Assembly: GCA_030596025.1 (NCBI GenBank)
Contig: JAUVKW010000002.1
Span: 1-47,821, forward strand
Reading direction: 5' to 3'
DNA length: 47,821 nt
Source: Bacteroidota bacterium
GTDB lineage: Bacteria > Bacteroidota > Bacteroidia > Bacteroidales > VadinHA17
Part shown: piece after piece, positions 44,956 to 47,821 of the stretch
How positions within the stretch are numbered: position 1 is the stretch's first letter
Layout of the letters: every line of letters starts with the position of its first letter
Notes under the pieces: model-generated
Database searches by the model: none
What the model saw: only the letters and a program-made list of their open reading frames with translations
Told to the model about the DNA's origin: nothing
Made by a program: the position numbers and the translations under genes

Positions 44956-46491
44956 ATGATGAAAACTATAAATAAAAAAATAAATGCCGGGATCCTTGCT
45001 TTTCTCCTGCTAATTTCATCAGGCTGCGAGGACTTTCTGGATAGGTATCCAGATAACGCTCTCACTGCTGAACAGTTATTTTCAGATATAGAATATGCAC
45101 AAACAACAATAACAGCCCTGTACGACTTGCTTTCTGAAACCTATCTTCTTGGTAGAAATGTTCCTCTTCGGGGATCATTAAAAGGGGCTGACTTCTTTCA
45201 TTTTGTTGAAAATCCAGATAAGCGTTTCGACCGGGAATATAAATATGCTGAAATATCATCCAGCGCAGGATACGCAGGTTATTTATGGAATTATTGTTAT
45301 AAAACAATCGCCAACTGTAACAGTATCGTTTCAATTATTCCTGAACTAGATGGTACGACAGAATTCAAAAACAATATGCTTGCACAGGCAATGACGATTA
45401 AAGCAATCTCTTACCTGGAATTATTAAGGGCTTTTTCATATCCACCATGGATGGCGGAAGATGATGAGTTGTACAGCATGGGTGTTCCCTTGCTGAAAAA
45501 TGCAAGTGATCATTCGAACGCTATTGAAAATCCGCCAGGAAGAAAAAGTCTTGGGAATTGCTATGACTATGTAATCGAATTACTTGAAGAATCACTCCTC
45601 TTAATTGATAACAATACCGATAAACAATTTCTTACCAAACAAGCTATTCAGGGCATTTTGGCTAATGTATATTTATACAATGAGGAATGGCAGCTTGCTC
45701 TTGATGCTGCAATAAATGCTGAATCCCTGGGAGGAAACATGATTGGCAAATCGCAATTTATCAATAACATGACTCAAAGATTCAATAGTGAAGCCGTTTT
45801 TGAAATTTATTACGATCTCAATGATAACCCTGGTACCAGTTGCATTGCTTATTATGCTGTAAAATCGGTAAATTCGCAAGGTCGTATTGATGCAAACTCA
45901 GTTGGTTATGGCGATTATGGTGCATCAAATACCTTTATCAACCTTTTCGTACCTGAAGATATCAGAAATGAACTGTTTAAAGAAGACAAAACCAGTTCTT
46001 CATCCACTCAGCCAGGAGAGCCAGGCTATTCTGCACGAGCTTATCATAAGTATATGGGTATTGAATCAGCCCTGGTCCATGAAGTAGCCTATTTACGTTT
46101 ACCAGAAATTATTTTGGTAGCTGCAGAAGCTTATTCTGAACTAGCAAATGATGTCAAGGCCCTGGAATACCTGAATAAAGTTTACGTAGCACGCACCGGG
46201 ATAACACTTACCGGGATAACCGGTCAGGATTTGAAAAATGAAATTTTTAATGAAAGAAGAAGAGAGCTGGCACTCGAAGGTCATGAATTATATGACTATT
46301 TGAGAAAAGGCAAATCATTTACACGTGATTTTTCACATCCCTCCCCCTTAACGATTGATCCTGTTAGCGGACGTAATGATGAACTTTTTCACAAGGTAGT
46401 TTATCCGATTCCCCAACCAGAAATGGATGCAAACCCAAATCTGAGAGATGCACAAAATCCGGGATATGCCCCGTACCAGGGAGGACTATAG
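44956..46491 (+). CDS. SusD/RagB-family nutrient-binding lipoprotein
   Basis: 511 aa. The lipoprotein signal ends LLISSGCEDFLD. It has TPR-like SusD features (ERRRELALEGHELYDYLR) and lies 16 nt downstream of the susC-like gene. Confidence 0.9.
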   Translation: MMKTINKKINAGILAFLLLISSGCEDFLDRYPDNALTAEQLFSDIEYAQTTITALYDLLSETYLLGRNVPLRGSLKGADFFHFVENPDKRFDREYKYAEISSSAGYAGYLWNYCYKTIANCNSIVSIIPELDGTTEFKNNMLAQAMTIKAISYLELLRAFSYPPWMAEDDELYSMGVPLLKNASDHSNAIENPPGRKSLGNCYDYVIELLEESLLLIDNNTDKQFLTKQAIQGILANVYLYNEEWQLALDAAINAESLGGNMIGKSQFINNMTQRFNSEAVFEIYYDLNDNPGTSCIAYYAVKSVNSQGRIDANSVGYGDYGASNTFINLFVPEDIRNELFKEDKTSSSSTQPGEPGYSARAYHKYMGIESALVHEVAYLRLPEIILVAAEAYSELANDVKALEYLNKVYVARTGITLTGITGQDLKNEIFNERRRELALEGHELYDYLRKGKSFTRDFSHPSPLTIDPVSGRNDELFHKVVYPIPQPEMDANPNLRDAQNPGYAPYQGGL

Positions 46492-46526
46492 GGTATTAAA
46501 CAATTAATGAATATTATCTGTTGAAA

Positions 46527-46823
46527 TTACTTCAGGATAATCTTCTTCGTATTTATGCCTTTCTTGTCCTTAATCCATACAAAATAGAGACCAGGTAATT
46601 GCTGATCCAAATTGATTTCTGTTATATCTTTAGTAGAATACCCCTGGTAAATACGTTTACCACTGGCATTGAATATGGAAATATAAAACGGACTGAATGC
46701 TTGAATATTCAGAAAGCCTTCAGACGGATTTGGATATACAAGCACGTTCCCCTCTCCTTTTGTAACCAGACTACCGGAAGAAGTCGTATTTTCAGGAAAG
46801 GTATTTGAGAGGGCTTCATACAT
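46527..46823 (-). CDS. Stand-alone T9SS C-terminal sorting domain. Most likely the detached 3' part of the upstream cargo gene.
   Basis: 98-aa ORF. VYPNPSEGFLNIQ...GLYFVWIKD...KKIILK is a canonical Por secretion tail. There is no signal peptide. It is in the same frame as ORF 46887-47783. Confidence 0.6.
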   Translation of the reverse strand: MYEALSNTFPENTTSSGSLVTKGEGNVLVYPNPSEGFLNIQAFSPFYISIFNASGKRIYQGYSTKDITEINLDQQLPGLYFVWIKDKKGINTKKIILK

Positions 46824-46886
46824 TTTAAGCCAACCTATGAAATCATTCCTGAGTTTTGACTTTTCCTGCTCAATATGTATAAACCT

Positions 46887-47783
46887 TCAACTACAATTAA
46901 TTGCATTCTGGGTACAAGGGAAAATACTGTTATTGATGAACCTACCCTGAACGTTCGTAAAAGCTATCAGTCTCGACCAGCCGAGATCAATATGGGCAAT
47001 TTTGAAGCTTAAAGAATTATCTACTTTGTAAAGTTCATTCTTCAGGATGGAAATATAATCAGGATCAGTAGTTATCCTGGTTCCATTACTCATAATTACA
47101 TAGGGATCTCCAGTGCCTTTAGCAAATCCATGAAGCTGAACAAAAAAAGTATTATCAAGCTCATTATAAAGAACTTCTGTAGTTTTCTGAAAAATCGATA
47201 CCAGGTTATGTGGGTTATCTGAAACCCTGTAGGCAGTTGAACTACTACTACTACATGCTGAAGTAGTACCGGAACATGCTGAATAGCTGCTGTGATTACA
47301 ACGGTGAGTGCCACTAATAAAAAATGCCTTTGCCCCCAATCTCTTGAAACAGAATATCCCTTGTTTTCCTGTATTTAAGTCATAAACCGGATGAGGAGAC
47401 TGAATCACAAGCTGACTTCGGAGAGGATACCGATTAATAATAAAGGTACCCCAATAATGCAGCCTGTTACTTTTTTCTTCCAGAACATAATAAAAAGCAT
47501 GAGGTGAAACACTATTATCCTCAAATTCTATAATCTGATAATTTACCAAATCTGCTTTTTGACGTGCAAGGGACAAATCATCATTTAAAAGATATGTCAT
47601 TAATTCCTGCCAGGTATCCAGATCACTGGTTCCAGGTATTGAATAATCATTCCCACTGTTTCCCGGTAAATTATCGATATATGAATTTATATGTAATTCA
47701 ATATCTCCGGTTAATGTTTGACTAAATAAACCAGTTAATACAAATTGAGTGAAAAGAGCACTGATCAATATTATCTTCTTCAT
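46887..47783 (-). CDS. Secreted hypothetical protein, possibly a zinc amidase/poly-gamma-glutamate-hydrolase-like fold. It ends at an in-frame TGA upstream of a T9SS sorting domain.
   Basis: 298 aa with a signal peptide (MKKIILISALFTQFVLTGLFSQ). Candidate metal motifs SPHPVYDLNTG and VQLHGF resemble the HxxxxE...H pattern of the PghP/FGase-type fold. This is a weak assignment made by eye. Confidence 0.55.
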   Translation of the reverse strand: MKKIILISALFTQFVLTGLFSQTLTGDIELHINSYIDNLPGNSGNDYSIPGTSDLDTWQELMTYLLNDDLSLARQKADLVNYQIIEFEDNSVSPHAFYYVLEEKSNRLHYWGTFIINRYPLRSQLVIQSPHPVYDLNTGKQGIFCFKRLGAKAFFISGTHRCNHSSYSACSGTTSACSSSSSTAYRVSDNPHNLVSIFQKTTEVLYNELDNTFFVQLHGFAKGTGDPYVIMSNGTRITTDPDYISILKNELYKVDNSLSFKIAHIDLGWSRLIAFTNVQGRFINNSIFPCTQNAINCS

Positions 47784-47821
47784 AAGTTTATGTCTTTTTA
47801 ATAATAAACTAAATGCTGTGG

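Noticed and set aside
46884-46889. Selenocysteine or genetic-code reassignment as the explanation for the in-frame TGA in the split T9SS cargo
   Set aside because: TGA clearly terminates other genes in this window, for example mutL at 6642-6644. The sequence after the TGA forms only a weak 5-bp stem with a 15-nt loop, unlike a bacterial SECIS. I keep it only as something to rule out in the main finding.
1-47821. CRISPR arrays, tRNA/rRNA genes, toxin-antitoxin pairs or defence-system hallmarks
   Set aside because: I scanned the intergenic regions and the small ORFs and found none. There are no regularly spaced direct repeats, no cloverleaf-like segments, and no nuclease/ATPase/methylase clusters typical of defence islands.

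Overview
This is a low-GC, Bacteroidota-type chromosomal segment. It has a SusC/SusD pair, T9SS C-terminal sorting domains and TAnnTTTG-type promoter boxes, and TGA is a genuine stop (for example at mutL). No rRNA, tRNA, CRISPR array, transposase or integrase was seen. The backbone is housekeeping: a comM fragment, a K+ channel, mutL, two tandem rhomboids, an EEP nuclease/phosphatase, a PLP dehydratase, an S9 peptidase, tsaC, rimM-rpsP, dnaE, trxA and a LOG protein.

Three regions stand out.

1. An ~11 kb glycan-tailoring island (14318-25558). It combines four modules:
- a Fom1/Fom2/FomC-like phosphonate module: a cytidylyltransferase-PEP mutase fusion, phosphonopyruvate decarboxylase and an Fe-ADH, with no aminotransferase;
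- a tandem-LicD phosphotransferase;
- a nonulosonic acid (KDN/sialic-type) module: a short NeuB-like synthase, a NeuA-HAD phosphatase fusion and a GT52-like transferase;
- a GT2, a LicC/PntC-like nucleotidyltransferase and a TagF-like phosphotransferase, the last translationally coupled to tsaC.
This is my best candidate for an undescribed system, namely a phosphonate-decorated acidic surface glycan. No Wzx/Wzy or initiating transferase lies in the window, so it looks like a tailoring locus rather than a complete capsule or O-antigen locus.

2. A minus-strand operon (33121-37917). It encodes a lipoprotein-type MurI-like racemase, a sensor kinase, a sigma-54 response regulator and an NlpC/P60-like lipoprotein. 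Next to it lie a 1055-aa internally duplicated beta-helix T9SS cargo and a SusC/SusD pair with no CAZymes in the window.

3. A T9SS cargo gene (46527-47783) whose signal-peptide/catalytic part and sorting domain are in the same frame, separated by a single TGA.

All functional calls come from motif recognition by eye. No database search was run.
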